From positions 1 through 41,888 of the forward strand of contig CANRAA010000003.1 in the NCBI GenBank assembly GCA_947628485.1: DNA of 41,888 nucleotides. The letters run 5' to 3'. Source of the stretch: an uncultured Bacilli bacterium. Lineage in GTDB: Bacteria > Bacillota_I > Bacilli_A > RF39 > UBA660. Within the stretch, counting starts at the first letter, position 1. Every line of letters starts with the position of its first letter. This document shows positions 10,496 through 20,431 of the stretch, piece after piece. Below the pieces are notes generated by a model. That model was given only the letters and a program-made list of their open reading frames with translations. It was not told the origin of the DNA and ran no database searches. The position numbers and the translations under genes were made by a program.

Positions 10496-12007
10496 ATGGA
10501 GAATTATTTTGATTTTATAATTTTTTTGGCTTTTGAAAGATATTACGATTATGAAGATAAAAGGTCTTTAACTTTTGAGGAGTTACATAATTATCGTGTT
10601 GCTCTTACCCAAGAACATGTTAGATACCATAATTTATTTTCTGGTTATGATGATGAATATTTACCGGGATTGCTTAAAGAATTTCATAATTTTGGTCTTA
10701 ATTTGTCTTTAGAAGTAGAAAGTAAATATTTTACAAATTTTTTAATTAATTATAAAGAATATTTTACTTATGATAAGACAAAAATTTATTTAAAAGAAGA
10801 TGTTGATATGGGGTCATTTGAAGATGTGAAATTTGAACTTCCTTTTTATGAAGATCCATATAATAAGTTAATATGTGGCGAATTAATTAGTCTAAGTGGT
10901 AGTTCAAAACCAATGGATGCTTTACATGCTTTTAAAATTAAAAATGAAACTTTAAAACTTATTGAATTAGAAAAAACTTTAGAAAAATATTATCATGAAT
11001 ATAAAATTATTAAAAATAGTCCTAATATAAATGTTATTTCTAAAAAAATAATAGATACTTTAACTAAAATAGGAAATTTTCCTTTTGCAAAAATTAGACG
11101 TTATCATTCTACCATTATTAGTTTATATGATCGAGATGATTATGATAACCTTAGTGAAGATATTTTAAAAGATAAATTTTATGAAATACATAGGATTAAT
11201 TTAAATCATTTATTAGCAAGTAGTTTTTATGATGCTATTTTTGGAACTAAATCTATCGCTTGTGATAAGTTGCTTTTAGATATGTCGGGTATATTTAAAT
11301 ATAAACGTTTTGAAGAAGCAAAAAATAGTGAAGAAGAGGAAGAAGAAATTGATCCATCTGATATAATGCAACCAGTTTTCCCTGATAAATTTTTAGAAGA
11401 AATGGAAAAAAGAAAAGAAGAATTAGGGGCTTATCATGATGACTATGAAGATGAAGTAGATGATGATGACGAAGAAGAAATAGAGGATGAAGAAGAGGAA
11501 GAAATTAGTGAAATAGAAATAGCAATGGAAGATATTAAACACTATTTATTTACTCAAGATATTAATCGAGCCTTTTATTTAAGATATATCATTTTAGCAC
11601 ATTATCTTATAAATAAATATGGAAATAATGAAGAATTAGAAAATGTTAAATCTCGGTTACTATTTTTATTAGATAACTATGGGGAAAGTTTAACCGAAGA
11701 AAAGAATTTTCTTAAAGTATTAGAAAGTGTTCCTTTAGATAAATTTACGAAAGAGGATTTTGAAGATTTCTACATGGTATCAAGAGTATTTTTAGTAGAA
11801 ATATTAAAGGGATATGCAGAAGTAGATATCTTAAAGAAATTAATGTACATTTCTACTTATTATTTATTAACTAAAGATATCGTCATAGATAGAATTATAA
11901 CTAAATATCAAAATACAGAAATAGGTAAAAAAGTAAAAAAAGTTATTTATAATAATGATTATAGTGATTTTATTGAAAAAGATAAAAAATTAATTAAAGA
12001 AAAATAG
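10496..12007 (+). CDS. Hypothetical protein with long acidic tract
   Basis: 503-aa ORF with GGAGG RBS; D/E-rich region about 11330-11520. Confidence 0.75.
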   Translation: MENYFDFIIFLAFERYYDYEDKRSLTFEELHNYRVALTQEHVRYHNLFSGYDDEYLPGLLKEFHNFGLNLSLEVESKYFTNFLINYKEYFTYDKTKIYLKEDVDMGSFEDVKFELPFYEDPYNKLICGELISLSGSSKPMDALHAFKIKNETLKLIELEKTLEKYYHEYKIIKNSPNINVISKKIIDTLTKIGNFPFAKIRRYHSTIISLYDRDDYDNLSEDILKDKFYEIHRINLNHLLASSFYDAIFGTKSIACDKLLLDMSGIFKYKRFEEAKNSEEEEEEIDPSDIMQPVFPDKFLEEMEKRKEELGAYHDDYEDEVDDDDEEEIEDEEEEEISEIEIAMEDIKHYLFTQDINRAFYLRYIILAHYLINKYGNNEELENVKSRLLFLLDNYGESLTEEKNFLKVLESVPLDKFTKEDFEDFYMVSRVFLVEILKGYAEVDILKKLMYISTYYLLTKDIVIDRIITKYQNTEIGKKVKKVIYNNDYSDFIEKDKKLIKEK

Positions 12008-12019
12008 GTGAGGTGGGTT

Positions 12020-12096
12020 ATGTTAAATAAAGAAGGTTTAAAAAAAGAAATACCAAATAATATATATATCTAATTATGAATGAAAACTAGGAGAAA
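12020..12096 (+). repeat. Degenerate duplicate of the 5' end of the dcd-like gene at 13464
   Basis: 44 bp identical from the ATG, then diverged up to CTAGGAGAAA; encodes MLNKEGLKKEIPNNIYI*. Confidence 0.9.
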
Positions 12097-12099
12097 CAA

Positions 12100-13350
12100 A
12101 TGGTGTACAATGATGTAGGGAAAAATTTTTTAATATCTGATTTAGCTGGGAAGGTTATAAGTGTTTTTAAGGATGTATTTTTAGGAATTTATTTTTTGAA
12201 AATAACACAAGGAAATATAGTTAATGTTTCTATGTATTATATAACTTTCTTTTTAACTTACTTAATTTGCTTAATAATTGTAAATAGATTACAAAAATTA
12301 AATTTAGTTTCTATGTTTAGAATAGGAATATTTTTAAGCTTAATGCAATGCATACTATTGTTAATCGTGGGCGAAAAAATTTCAAATTTTATAATTCTTT
12401 TTGCAATATTTGCAAGTATAGGAAATGCATTTTATTATTATCCCGAGCAAATATTAATAAAAAGAGTAAATAGAGAAGATGATTTTCAGAACTATATTAC
12501 TAAAGATCAAATTTTAAAATATACGATAAGCATCATACTTCCTTTTGTTTTGGGTTATTGTATTAGCAAAAATTCCTATGAATTAGCTTTTTCTGTATTA
12601 ATAGTAGTAATTTTAATTTGCTTTATTTTTTCATTGTTTATAAAAGAAATTGATTTAAAGCACGAAAAAATAAATTTAAAAAGATTTTTCACAAATATTA
12701 ATAAAAATGGTAATAGAAAAATAATAACATTATTAAGTTTTAGAACATTATTTAGAGGTCTAAGTTCTTTTGGTGTTCTATCGACACTCATTACTATTAT
12801 GACTTTTCTTGTGGTTTCAACTGAATTATCATTAGGAAGTATTAGTAGTTTTATAACTATTATTTCTATTTTAGTAATATATTGTACCAATAAATTTATA
12901 AAAAAAGAAAATTTATATAAATTATTCATTCCATTATCTATTATACAAAGTATAGTGGTTATAATACTTACATTTAGTATGATGTATTTTGATATAAATA
13001 TGATGATTCACATGGGCACAATAAATATAAGTATTGGATTTTTATTAGTACTTTTATATAATATAGTTAACGGAATAAGTAGTCCTATTTTTGAAATATC
13101 AAATTCAGTTGTATACTATGAATGTATGTGTAAACAAAATATTAATAAAGAAGATGAACCTAATTATGTTTTTTGGTTTGAAATTATGATAAATATTTCA
13201 AGGAGTTTAGGTTATTTAATTTTAATAATTGTTTCGAAAATAGGATTTAATTTAAATATTATTTCAGTTTTAATTGTAGTATTTACTTTAATGTATATAG
13301 CTTTTGCATATACATTAAAAAAAATAAATAAAGATTATTTATTAAATTAA
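12100..13350 (+). CDS. MFS-like multi-pass membrane transporter
   Basis: About 11-12 hydrophobic segments over 416 aa. Confidence 0.7.
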   Translation: MVYNDVGKNFLISDLAGKVISVFKDVFLGIYFLKITQGNIVNVSMYYITFFLTYLICLIIVNRLQKLNLVSMFRIGIFLSLMQCILLLIVGEKISNFIILFAIFASIGNAFYYYPEQILIKRVNREDDFQNYITKDQILKYTISIILPFVLGYCISKNSYELAFSVLIVVILICFIFSLFIKEIDLKHEKINLKRFFTNINKNGNRKIITLLSFRTLFRGLSSFGVLSTLITIMTFLVVSTELSLGSISSFITIISILVIYCTNKFIKKENLYKLFIPLSIIQSIVVIILTFSMMYFDINMMIHMGTINISIGFLLVLLYNIVNGISSPIFEISNSVVYYECMCKQNINKEDEPNYVFWFEIMINISRSLGYLILIIVSKIGFNLNIISVLIVVFTLMYIAFAYTLKKINKDYLLN

Positions 13351-13463
13351 TATAAATACTATTGAAATGGATTTTTATTATTACTATAAACTGCAAAAAT
13401 AATTATATTTGTTGTTAAATAGATAATTATATATTAAACTAATTAAGTTGTTTAGGAGGTTTT

Positions 13464-14018
13464 ATGTTAAATAAAGAAGGTTTAAAAAAAGAAATACCAA
13501 ATAATATCTATGTATCTAATTGGGAAGAAAAGCTAGGAGAAAATTACATTGAAGTAACTTTAGGTGATACTTTAAAAGTTTATGATACCCCTTTTTTGGA
13601 TGTGCAAAATCCGAGTCTAACTCAAGTAATTAAAATACCCGAGGAAGGCCTTATGTTAGAGCCTAATAAACTATATTTAGGAAGAACTAATGAATATACT
13701 AAAACTTATGGGTTTGTGCCTCTTTTATCAGGAATAACTGAACTGGCTAGTTTAGGAGTGGAAATTCATATTACCGCTGGTTTTGGTGATAATGGTTTTG
13801 AAGGAACTTGGACTTTGGAAATTATATGTGCTAATCCCACCATAGTTTATCCTAATATTCCGATAGGCAGAATTTATTATTACCCTTTAATAGGTAATGG
13901 GGAAAATGTTTACCGAGGAAAATATTTTGGACAAGTTGAAGCGACGGAGTCAAGGATGGCTAAAGAATATAAAAGGGTAAAAGTGTTAGAAAAGGAAGAA
14001 CATCATGCTCACAAATAA
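13464..14018 (+). CDS. dcd: dCTP deaminase family protein (single domain, partly degenerate)
   Basis: LEPNKLYLGRTNE, HITAGFGDNGFEGTWTLEI, YRGKY; lacks RSSxxR. Confidence 0.8.
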   Translation: MLNKEGLKKEIPNNIYVSNWEEKLGENYIEVTLGDTLKVYDTPFLDVQNPSLTQVIKIPEEGLMLEPNKLYLGRTNEYTKTYGFVPLLSGITELASLGVEIHITAGFGDNGFEGTWTLEIICANPTIVYPNIPIGRIYYYPLIGNGENVYRGKYFGQVEATESRMAKEYKRVKVLEKEEHHAHK

Positions 14019-15027
14019 AGAAATTAAAAAACAAATAGATTTAGGAAATATTCAAATAGATAATATGCTTCATGATGCTTTAGATAAACCCAATAGTTGT
14101 CGGATTACTTTAAGTGATGAATTATATTTTTATGATTATATGGTGGTAGATACTAAAGAAAGTTATGAATATCAAGAAGAAGTATTTAAAGGGGTTATTA
14201 ATAAATTAAGAAAAACAAGAATACCAAAAAGTGGTATGCTTTTAGAACCACATAAAGTTTATTTAGCTAAGACTAATGAGTATATTAAAACTAAAGGGTA
14301 TGTTCCTGTTATGCACGGAAGAACTTCTTTATCCTTACTAGGACTTAGTATTGAACTTACGAGTGGTTATGGTACCGATAATTATGATGGACCTTTTTTA
14401 CTTAGTATAATTTGTACGAAACCCACAATAATTTATCCTAATATTGAAGTGGGCAATTTAACATTCTTTAAAAGTTTAGATGAGAAAAGCCTAGAAATTG
14501 GGATGCTTAGTGGGGATGAAATAATGAAAAGAATAACTACAGGTGATATTATAATAAATCCTGATAATAAAATATTGGTAAATCCTAATTCGGTCAATTT
14601 AAGTTTAAATCCGAAGATGGGTTATTATACGGATCCCATTTTAGATATCAAAAAAGAAAATAAAGTAGAATATTTTAATATTGGAGAAGAAGGAACTATT
14701 TTGTATCCTGATAAAACTTATTTAGGAAGAACGAATGAGTGGACCGAGACCAATAATTTAATTCCGATGATTAGTGGGCGTAGTTCTTTAGGAAGACTTG
14801 GTTACCATGTGCATTGCTCTGGAGGTATGGGTTCAATTGGGTATAAAGGTTATTTTCATTTAGGAATAAGAACAACTCTTCCTATTCGGGTTTATAAAGA
14901 TATGCTTACTTGTCAAATATATTATTTTACACCGGAAGGAGAAATAGAAAATACTTATAATGGCAGTATGCAAAATAAATGTGATGATAAATTAGGAAGT
15001 ATGTCTTATAAATTATTAAAAAAATAA
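14005..15027 (+). CDS. Tandem two-domain dCTP deaminase family protein
   Basis: Two Dcd repeats; the second has NPNSVNL, GRSSLGRLG and CQIYY. Confidence 0.8.
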   Translation: MLTNKEIKKQIDLGNIQIDNMLHDALDKPNSCRITLSDELYFYDYMVVDTKESYEYQEEVFKGVINKLRKTRIPKSGMLLEPHKVYLAKTNEYIKTKGYVPVMHGRTSLSLLGLSIELTSGYGTDNYDGPFLLSIICTKPTIIYPNIEVGNLTFFKSLDEKSLEIGMLSGDEIMKRITTGDIIINPDNKILVNPNSVNLSLNPKMGYYTDPILDIKKENKVEYFNIGEEGTILYPDKTYLGRTNEWTETNNLIPMISGRSSLGRLGYHVHCSGGMGSIGYKGYFHLGIRTTLPIRVYKDMLTCQIYYFTPEGEIENTYNGSMQNKCDDKLGSMSYKLLKK

Positions 15028-15083
15028 GTATAAAATAAATTAATTTGGTCATAATACTACTGTAGAGGGTTAATCTCTACCAT

Positions 15084-15112
15084 AAAAGGCACTTGGGTAA
15101 TGGTGTCTTTTT
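15084..15112 (+). terminator. Intrinsic terminator
   Basis: AAAAGGCAC/GTGTCTTTT stem with T tail. Confidence 0.6.
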
Positions 15113-15226
15113 CGTATAAAATTGTAATTTAGACTTGCAAATAATACAATTGTTTGATATATTAATTATGCTTGAAATTTATGAGAAAAAGTTTAAAATA
15201 TATAGGGAATATTGTGGTGATGGAAA

Positions 15227-18043
15227 ATGGATAAAATTGTTATAAGAGGAGCAAGAGAAAATAATTTAAAAAATGTTGATTTGGAACTACCTAAGAATAA
15301 ATTAATTGTTATGACGGGAGTTTCCGGAAGTGGTAAAAGTAGTTTAGCTTTTGATACGATTTATGCTGAAGGAGAAAGAAGATATGTGGAAAGCCTATCA
15401 GCTTATGCACGGCAATTTATTGGTTCGGGTGATAAACCGGATGTGGATTCCATTGAAGGGTTATCTCCAAGTATTTCGATTGACCAAAAAACCACCAATA
15501 AAAATCCCCGTTCAACAGTCGGAACTATAACCGAATTATACGATTATTTAAGACTTTTATTTGCGAGAATTGGGGTGCCTTATTGTCCAACGCATAAAAT
15601 ACCAATAAAAAGTCAAAGTATAGAAGAAATGACCAATAAAGTTTTAAATTTTGAAGAAGGAACGAAGATTGAAATATATTCGCCAATTGTAAGAGGGGAA
15701 AAAGGAACTCATAAAGATTTAATCGAGGACTTACGCAGCAAAGGTTTTACCAGAATTTTAGTTAATGGAACTTTATATAATAGTACGGATGAGATTACTT
15801 TAGAAAAAAATATTAAAGATGATATTTATGTTTTAATTGATAAATTAAGAGTTAGTAATGATGAGCGAAGTCGGATTTTTGAAGCCTTAGAAGTTAGTGC
15901 TAAAATGGCTCATGGTTTAGTTCTTATTAAGATAAATGATACTGAAGAACTATTAATGAGTGAGAACTATGCTTGCCCTTATTGTAATTTTTCTTTAAGT
16001 GAGTTAGAGCCAAGAATGTTTTCATTTAACTCACCATATGGGGCATGTGACGAGTGTAAGGGACTTGGTACGAAGCTTAAAATTAGTGAAGATTTATTAA
16101 TTCCCGATAAAAATAAAAGTATTAATAAAGGAGCTATTGTGGCTATCAACTTAGATAATAATATGTATATGAGTAGTTTATATACGGTATCTGAACATTA
16201 CCATATCAATTTAGATATTCCGGTTAAAGATATGCCTAAAAAAGATTTAGATATTATTTTATATGGTACCAATGATATAATGGATTTCCATTATGTAGCG
16301 AAAAATGGTAGTACCAGAGATACTAAAAGTAAATATGAAGGTATAGTTAATAATTTAGAAAGACGTTATTTAGAAACTAATTCTTCTTGGATTAGAGAAT
16401 GGATTGAAGGTTTTATGGTGGAATCCGTTTGTAATGAATGTCACGGAACTAGATTAAAAGACGAGATTTTAGCCGTTAAAATTAACAAGAAAAATATTTA
16501 TGAACTTACGGAAATGGCGATTGATGAATTAAAAGAATTTTTAGAAAATTTAAAACTTACTAATGAAGAAAAAGAGATTAGTGGCCTTCTTATTAAAGAG
16601 ATTTTAGCGAGATTAGAATTCTTAATGAATGTTGGTTTAAGTTATTTAACTTTAGCGAGAAGTGCGGCGACTTTATCAGGAGGAGAAGCCCAAAGAATAA
16701 GACTAGCTACCCAAATTGGGAGTAAACTTTCGGGTGTCTTATATGTTTTAGATGAGCCATCGATTGGTTTACATCAAAGAGATAATGAAAAACTAATTAA
16801 TTCGTTAAAAGAAATGCGGGATTTGGGGAATACCTTAATTGTGGTTGAACACGATACCGATACAATGCTCGCGGCCGATTATTTGGTTGATATTGGTCCT
16901 GGGGCTGGAGATGCTGGAGGTTATGTGGTAGCCTCTGGTACTCCAGAAGAAGTAATGCAAAATGAGAAAAGTATTACGGGTCGTTATTTAAGTGGTAAAG
17001 AAAAAATTGAAATTCCTAAGAAACATCGGAAAGGTAATGGCTTATTCTTAGAAGTAAGAGGAGCTGAAGAAAACAATTTAAATAAAATAAATGTTAAATT
17101 TCCTTTAAATAAATTCATTGTGGTAACGGGCGTTTCCGGAAGTGGTAAATCAACTTTAGTTAATGAAATACTCTATAAAACCTTACATAAAGAAATATAT
17201 CGTTCGAAAGATATTCCGGGTAAATGTAAGGGTGTTAAAGGTATCGAAAATGTTGATAAAGTAGTCAATATTAGTCAAGATGCTATTGGTAGAACGCCAA
17301 GAAGTAACCCAGCTACTTATGTGGGAGTATTCGATGATATAAGAGATGTCTTCGCTAACATGAAAGAGTCGAAAATGCGGGGATATGACAAAGGAAGATT
17401 TTCCTTTAATGTTAAAGGTGGAAGATGTGAAGCCTGTTGGGGTGATGGTGTTAAGAAAATCGAAATGCATTTCTTACCAGATGTTTATGTTCCTTGTGAT
17501 GTTTGTGGGGGTAAAAGATATAATAAAGAAACTTTGGATGTTAAATTTAAAGGCAAAAGTATTGCCGATGTTTTAGATATGCGGGTAAGTGAAGCCTTGC
17601 CATTCTTTGAAAACATTCCTAAAGTTTATGATAAATTAAAAGTTATGAATGAAGTAGGACTTTCTTATATTAAATTAGGTCAAGGAGCTCCAACCTTATC
17701 GGGTGGTGAAGCCGGAAGAGTAAAACTAGCGAAAGAACTTCAAAAGAAAGCCACAGGTAAATCGGTATTTATCTTAGATGAACCTACAACGGGACTTCAT
17801 TCGGCTGACATTAAAAAACTCCTTGAAGTTTTAAATCGAATTGTTGATAATGGCGATACCGTAATTGTTATTGAACATAACTTAGATGTGATTAAACAAG
17901 CTGACTATGTTATTGATTTAGGACCTGAAGGTGGTAAATTTGGCGGAAATGTTATTGCCACTGGTACTCCAGAAGAAGTAAGTAAAATTAAGGGATCATT
18001 TACCGGAGAATTCTTAAAGAAGATATTTGACGCTAATAAATAG
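15227..18043 (+). CDS. uvrA: Excinuclease ABC subunit A
   Basis: GARENNLKN, TGVSGSGKSSLAFDTIYAEG, zinc fingers, two LSGGEA signatures. Confidence 0.98.
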   Translation: MDKIVIRGARENNLKNVDLELPKNKLIVMTGVSGSGKSSLAFDTIYAEGERRYVESLSAYARQFIGSGDKPDVDSIEGLSPSISIDQKTTNKNPRSTVGTITELYDYLRLLFARIGVPYCPTHKIPIKSQSIEEMTNKVLNFEEGTKIEIYSPIVRGEKGTHKDLIEDLRSKGFTRILVNGTLYNSTDEITLEKNIKDDIYVLIDKLRVSNDERSRIFEALEVSAKMAHGLVLIKINDTEELLMSENYACPYCNFSLSELEPRMFSFNSPYGACDECKGLGTKLKISEDLLIPDKNKSINKGAIVAINLDNNMYMSSLYTVSEHYHINLDIPVKDMPKKDLDIILYGTNDIMDFHYVAKNGSTRDTKSKYEGIVNNLERRYLETNSSWIREWIEGFMVESVCNECHGTRLKDEILAVKINKKNIYELTEMAIDELKEFLENLKLTNEEKEISGLLIKEILARLEFLMNVGLSYLTLARSAATLSGGEAQRIRLATQIGSKLSGVLYVLDEPSIGLHQRDNEKLINSLKEMRDLGNTLIVVEHDTDTMLAADYLVDIGPGAGDAGGYVVASGTPEEVMQNEKSITGRYLSGKEKIEIPKKHRKGNGLFLEVRGAEENNLNKINVKFPLNKFIVVTGVSGSGKSTLVNEILYKTLHKEIYRSKDIPGKCKGVKGIENVDKVVNISQDAIGRTPRSNPATYVGVFDDIRDVFANMKESKMRGYDKGRFSFNVKGGRCEACWGDGVKKIEMHFLPDVYVPCDVCGGKRYNKETLDVKFKGKSIADVLDMRVSEALPFFENIPKVYDKLKVMNEVGLSYIKLGQGAPTLSGGEAGRVKLAKELQKKATGKSVFILDEPTTGLHSADIKKLLEVLNRIVDNGDTVIVIEHNLDVIKQADYVIDLGPEGGKFGGNVIATGTPEEVSKIKGSFTGEFLKKIFDANK

Positions 18044-18067
18044 AAAACTAATTGTAAAAAAGATTTT

Positions 18068-18116
18068 AACACAATGTACCACACAAACTTGACTTATGTG
18101 GTACGTGTGTTTTTTA
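18068..18116 (+). terminator. Intrinsic terminator after uvrA
   Basis: AACAC..GTACCACA/TGTGGTAC..GTGTT followed by a T run. Confidence 0.55.
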
Positions 18117-18175
18117 AAAAGATTTCTAGTAATAGAATCTTTTTTATGTTACAATTAATATTGGAGAGTGGAGAT

Positions 18176-18988
18176 ATGAACCCAGTGGCATTTACAATTG
18201 GTAGTTTTGAAGTTAGATGGTATTCTCTTTTATTATTAGTAGCCATGCTTATTGCCATATTACTTTTAATAAAAGAGGGTAAAAGATTTAATATTCCCAA
18301 AGACTTTTTGTTTAATTTAGCTTTTTGGGTTATTATCTTTGGTTTAATTTCGGCAAGAATTTATTATTGTGTCTTTAATTTCTCTTTATATAAAGATAAT
18401 TTACTCGATGTTTTTAAAATATGGGAAGGTGGACTTGCTATTCATGGCGGTTTAATTGGAGGCCTTATTACTCTTATCATCTATTGTAAGAGATATAATA
18501 TTAATTCCTTTAAAGTAACGGATATGACAGTTGTTCCTTTACTTTTAGCGCAAGCCATTGGAAGATGGGGTAACTTCTTTAATGGGGAAGCTCATGGAGT
18601 AGCCACGACTTATTATCATTTAAAAGAATTACATATCCCGGAAAAGATAATTGAAGGTATGAAAATTGGTAATGTTTATTATCATCCCACCTTTTTATAT
18701 GAAAGTATTTATTGTTTAATTGGTTTTATTATTTTACTTTTTGTAAGAAGAATAAAATATTTAAAAAGAGGACAACTTACATGTATCTATATGATGTATT
18801 ATTCGGTAGGACGTTTCTTTATTGAGGCTTTAAGAACGGATTCTTTAATGCTTGGCGGTTTTAGAGCGGCCCAAATAGTTTCGATTATTTTATTCTTAGT
18901 TGGTTTAATAATATTTATTGTGTTATCAAGAAAAGGTAAATTTGAAGATTTATATAATGAAGGGGAAAATAAACCCATAATGTTTTAA
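18176..18988 (+). CDS. lgt: Prolipoprotein diacylglyceryl transferase
   Basis: IWEGGLAIHGG, QAIGRWGNFFNGEAHG, HPTFLYES; start at ATG 18176 after GGAG. Confidence 0.96.
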   Translation: MNPVAFTIGSFEVRWYSLLLLVAMLIAILLLIKEGKRFNIPKDFLFNLAFWVIIFGLISARIYYCVFNFSLYKDNLLDVFKIWEGGLAIHGGLIGGLITLIIYCKRYNINSFKVTDMTVVPLLLAQAIGRWGNFFNGEAHGVATTYYHLKELHIPEKIIEGMKIGNVYYHPTFLYESIYCLIGFIILLFVRRIKYLKRGQLTCIYMMYYSVGRFFIEALRTDSLMLGGFRAAQIVSIILFLVGLIIFIVLSRKGKFEDLYNEGENKPIMF

Positions 18989-19000
18989 AGGAGGATTTTT

Positions 19001-19891
19001 ATGTACGATTTAATAATAATAGGAATGGGTATTGGGGGTGTTACTGCGGGTATCTATGCGAAAAGAGGCAATTTGAATGTTTTAATATTAGATAAAGGAA
19101 TGCCAGGAGGTATGCTTAATAATATTGAAAAAGTTAGTAATTACCCTGGACTTATAAATATTAAAGGAGGAGAGTTTGCTAATCTTTTATTTGATCAAGT
19201 TAAAGATTTGGAAATTCCTTATAAGTTTGAAATAGTTAATGAAATAAGAGTGGAAAATGCTAAAAAAATAGTAGTTACCGATAAAGGTGAATATGAGACG
19301 CAAAAAGTAATTATTGCGACCGGGACTAAACCTAAATATTTAGGACTAGATAATGAAAAAGATTTACTTGGAAGAGGAATAAGTACTTGTGCTACTTGTG
19401 ATGGAGCTTTCTATAAAGATAAAGATGTCGCTGTAGTTGGTTCTGGTAGTAGTGCTTTACAAGAGTCTTTGTATCTGGCTAATGTTTGTCATAAAGTCTA
19501 TCTTTTAAATAGAAAAGATAAATTTAAAGGGGAAAAGATACTCGAGAAAAAGGTCAAAGAAAAAGATAACATGGAAATTATCTATAATGTTAATATTAAA
19601 AAATATCATGAAAATGATGGTAAAATCGAAAGTATTACTTTAGATAATGAAAAAACATTAGAAGTGTCCGGAGTATTTATTTATATTGGATATAAACCTA
19701 ATACAGATTACTTACAAAATTTAAATATTTTAGATGAACAAGGTTATGTTAAAGTAGATGAGCATTTTATGACGGAGATTGATGGGGTTTATGCCATTGG
19801 CGATGTTATAAAAAAAGATATCTACCAATTAGTAACAGCGGCGAGTGATGCCATTAATGCTGTAAGTAATATTATAAAAATTAATAATTAA
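19001..19891 (+). CDS. trxB: Thioredoxin reductase
   Basis: N-terminal FAD-binding glycine motif, CATCDG, VVGSGSSA, AIGDV. Confidence 0.9.
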   Translation: MYDLIIIGMGIGGVTAGIYAKRGNLNVLILDKGMPGGMLNNIEKVSNYPGLINIKGGEFANLLFDQVKDLEIPYKFEIVNEIRVENAKKIVVTDKGEYETQKVIIATGTKPKYLGLDNEKDLLGRGISTCATCDGAFYKDKDVAVVGSGSSALQESLYLANVCHKVYLLNRKDKFKGEKILEKKVKEKDNMEIIYNVNIKKYHENDGKIESITLDNEKTLEVSGVFIYIGYKPNTDYLQNLNILDEQGYVKVDEHFMTEIDGVYAIGDVIKKDIYQLVTAASDAINAVSNIIKINN

Positions 19892-19894
19892 GAT

Positions 19895-19930
19895 AAAAAG
19901 GTATAGCTGAGAGTTTAGTTATACCTTTTT
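19895..19930. terminator. Bidirectional terminator between convergent genes
   Basis: AAAAAGGTATAGCT/AGTTATACCTTTTT. Confidence 0.75.
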
Positions 19931-20007
19931 TAAATATTCTAAAATATCTTTATCTTTTATCTTTTATATTTAAAATCTTTATTAATAAACGATATAATTA
20001 ATTCCAT

Positions 20008-20238
20008 TTATTTAACTATGGATTTTTTATAGGGTTTTCTTTCGTCAGTTCTATAAAGTAAATAGTCCGTACTTGTATTATATAAATCCGCTAGTTTACT
20101 TAATTTATGTAAGGGTATTTCATTAACACCTGACTCGTAACGGCTATATTGGGGTTGGGTAACTTTTAAAAATTTAGCAATTTCTATTTGAGACATATCT
20201 TTGTCTTCTCTTATCTCTTTTAATCTATTCATATACAT
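20008..20238 (-). CDS. XRE family HTH regulator
   Basis: RLKEIREDKDMSQIEIAKFL.VTQPQYSRYESG...TSTDYLL. Confidence 0.92.
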   Translation of the reverse strand: MYMNRLKEIREDKDMSQIEIAKFLKVTQPQYSRYESGVNEIPLHKLSKLADLYNTSTDYLLYRTDERKPYKKSIVK

Positions 20239-20283
20239 TATATGTCACCTAAATATAATTTTACATTATTGCTTTTCCAAATA

Positions 20284-20341
20284 TTGACTAATATACGTTT
20301 TACGTATATAATTAACTTAAGAATATACGTATAACGTATAT
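20284..20341 (+). promoter_or_regulatory. sigma-A promoter with two palindromic operators
   Basis: TTGACT-N17-TATAAT (20284-20312); ATATACG-N5-CGTATAT at 20291-20309 and 20323-20341. Confidence 0.75.
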
Positions 20342-20431
20342 ATTTATATATAGTATAACAATTATATTTTGTTATTATATTTTTATTTTGAATATATAAT
20401 TCGGTATTAGCAACACATAAAAGAGGTTAGT

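Noticed and set aside
15113-15226. LexA box upstream of uvrA
   Set aside because: No GAAC-N4-GTTC match seen
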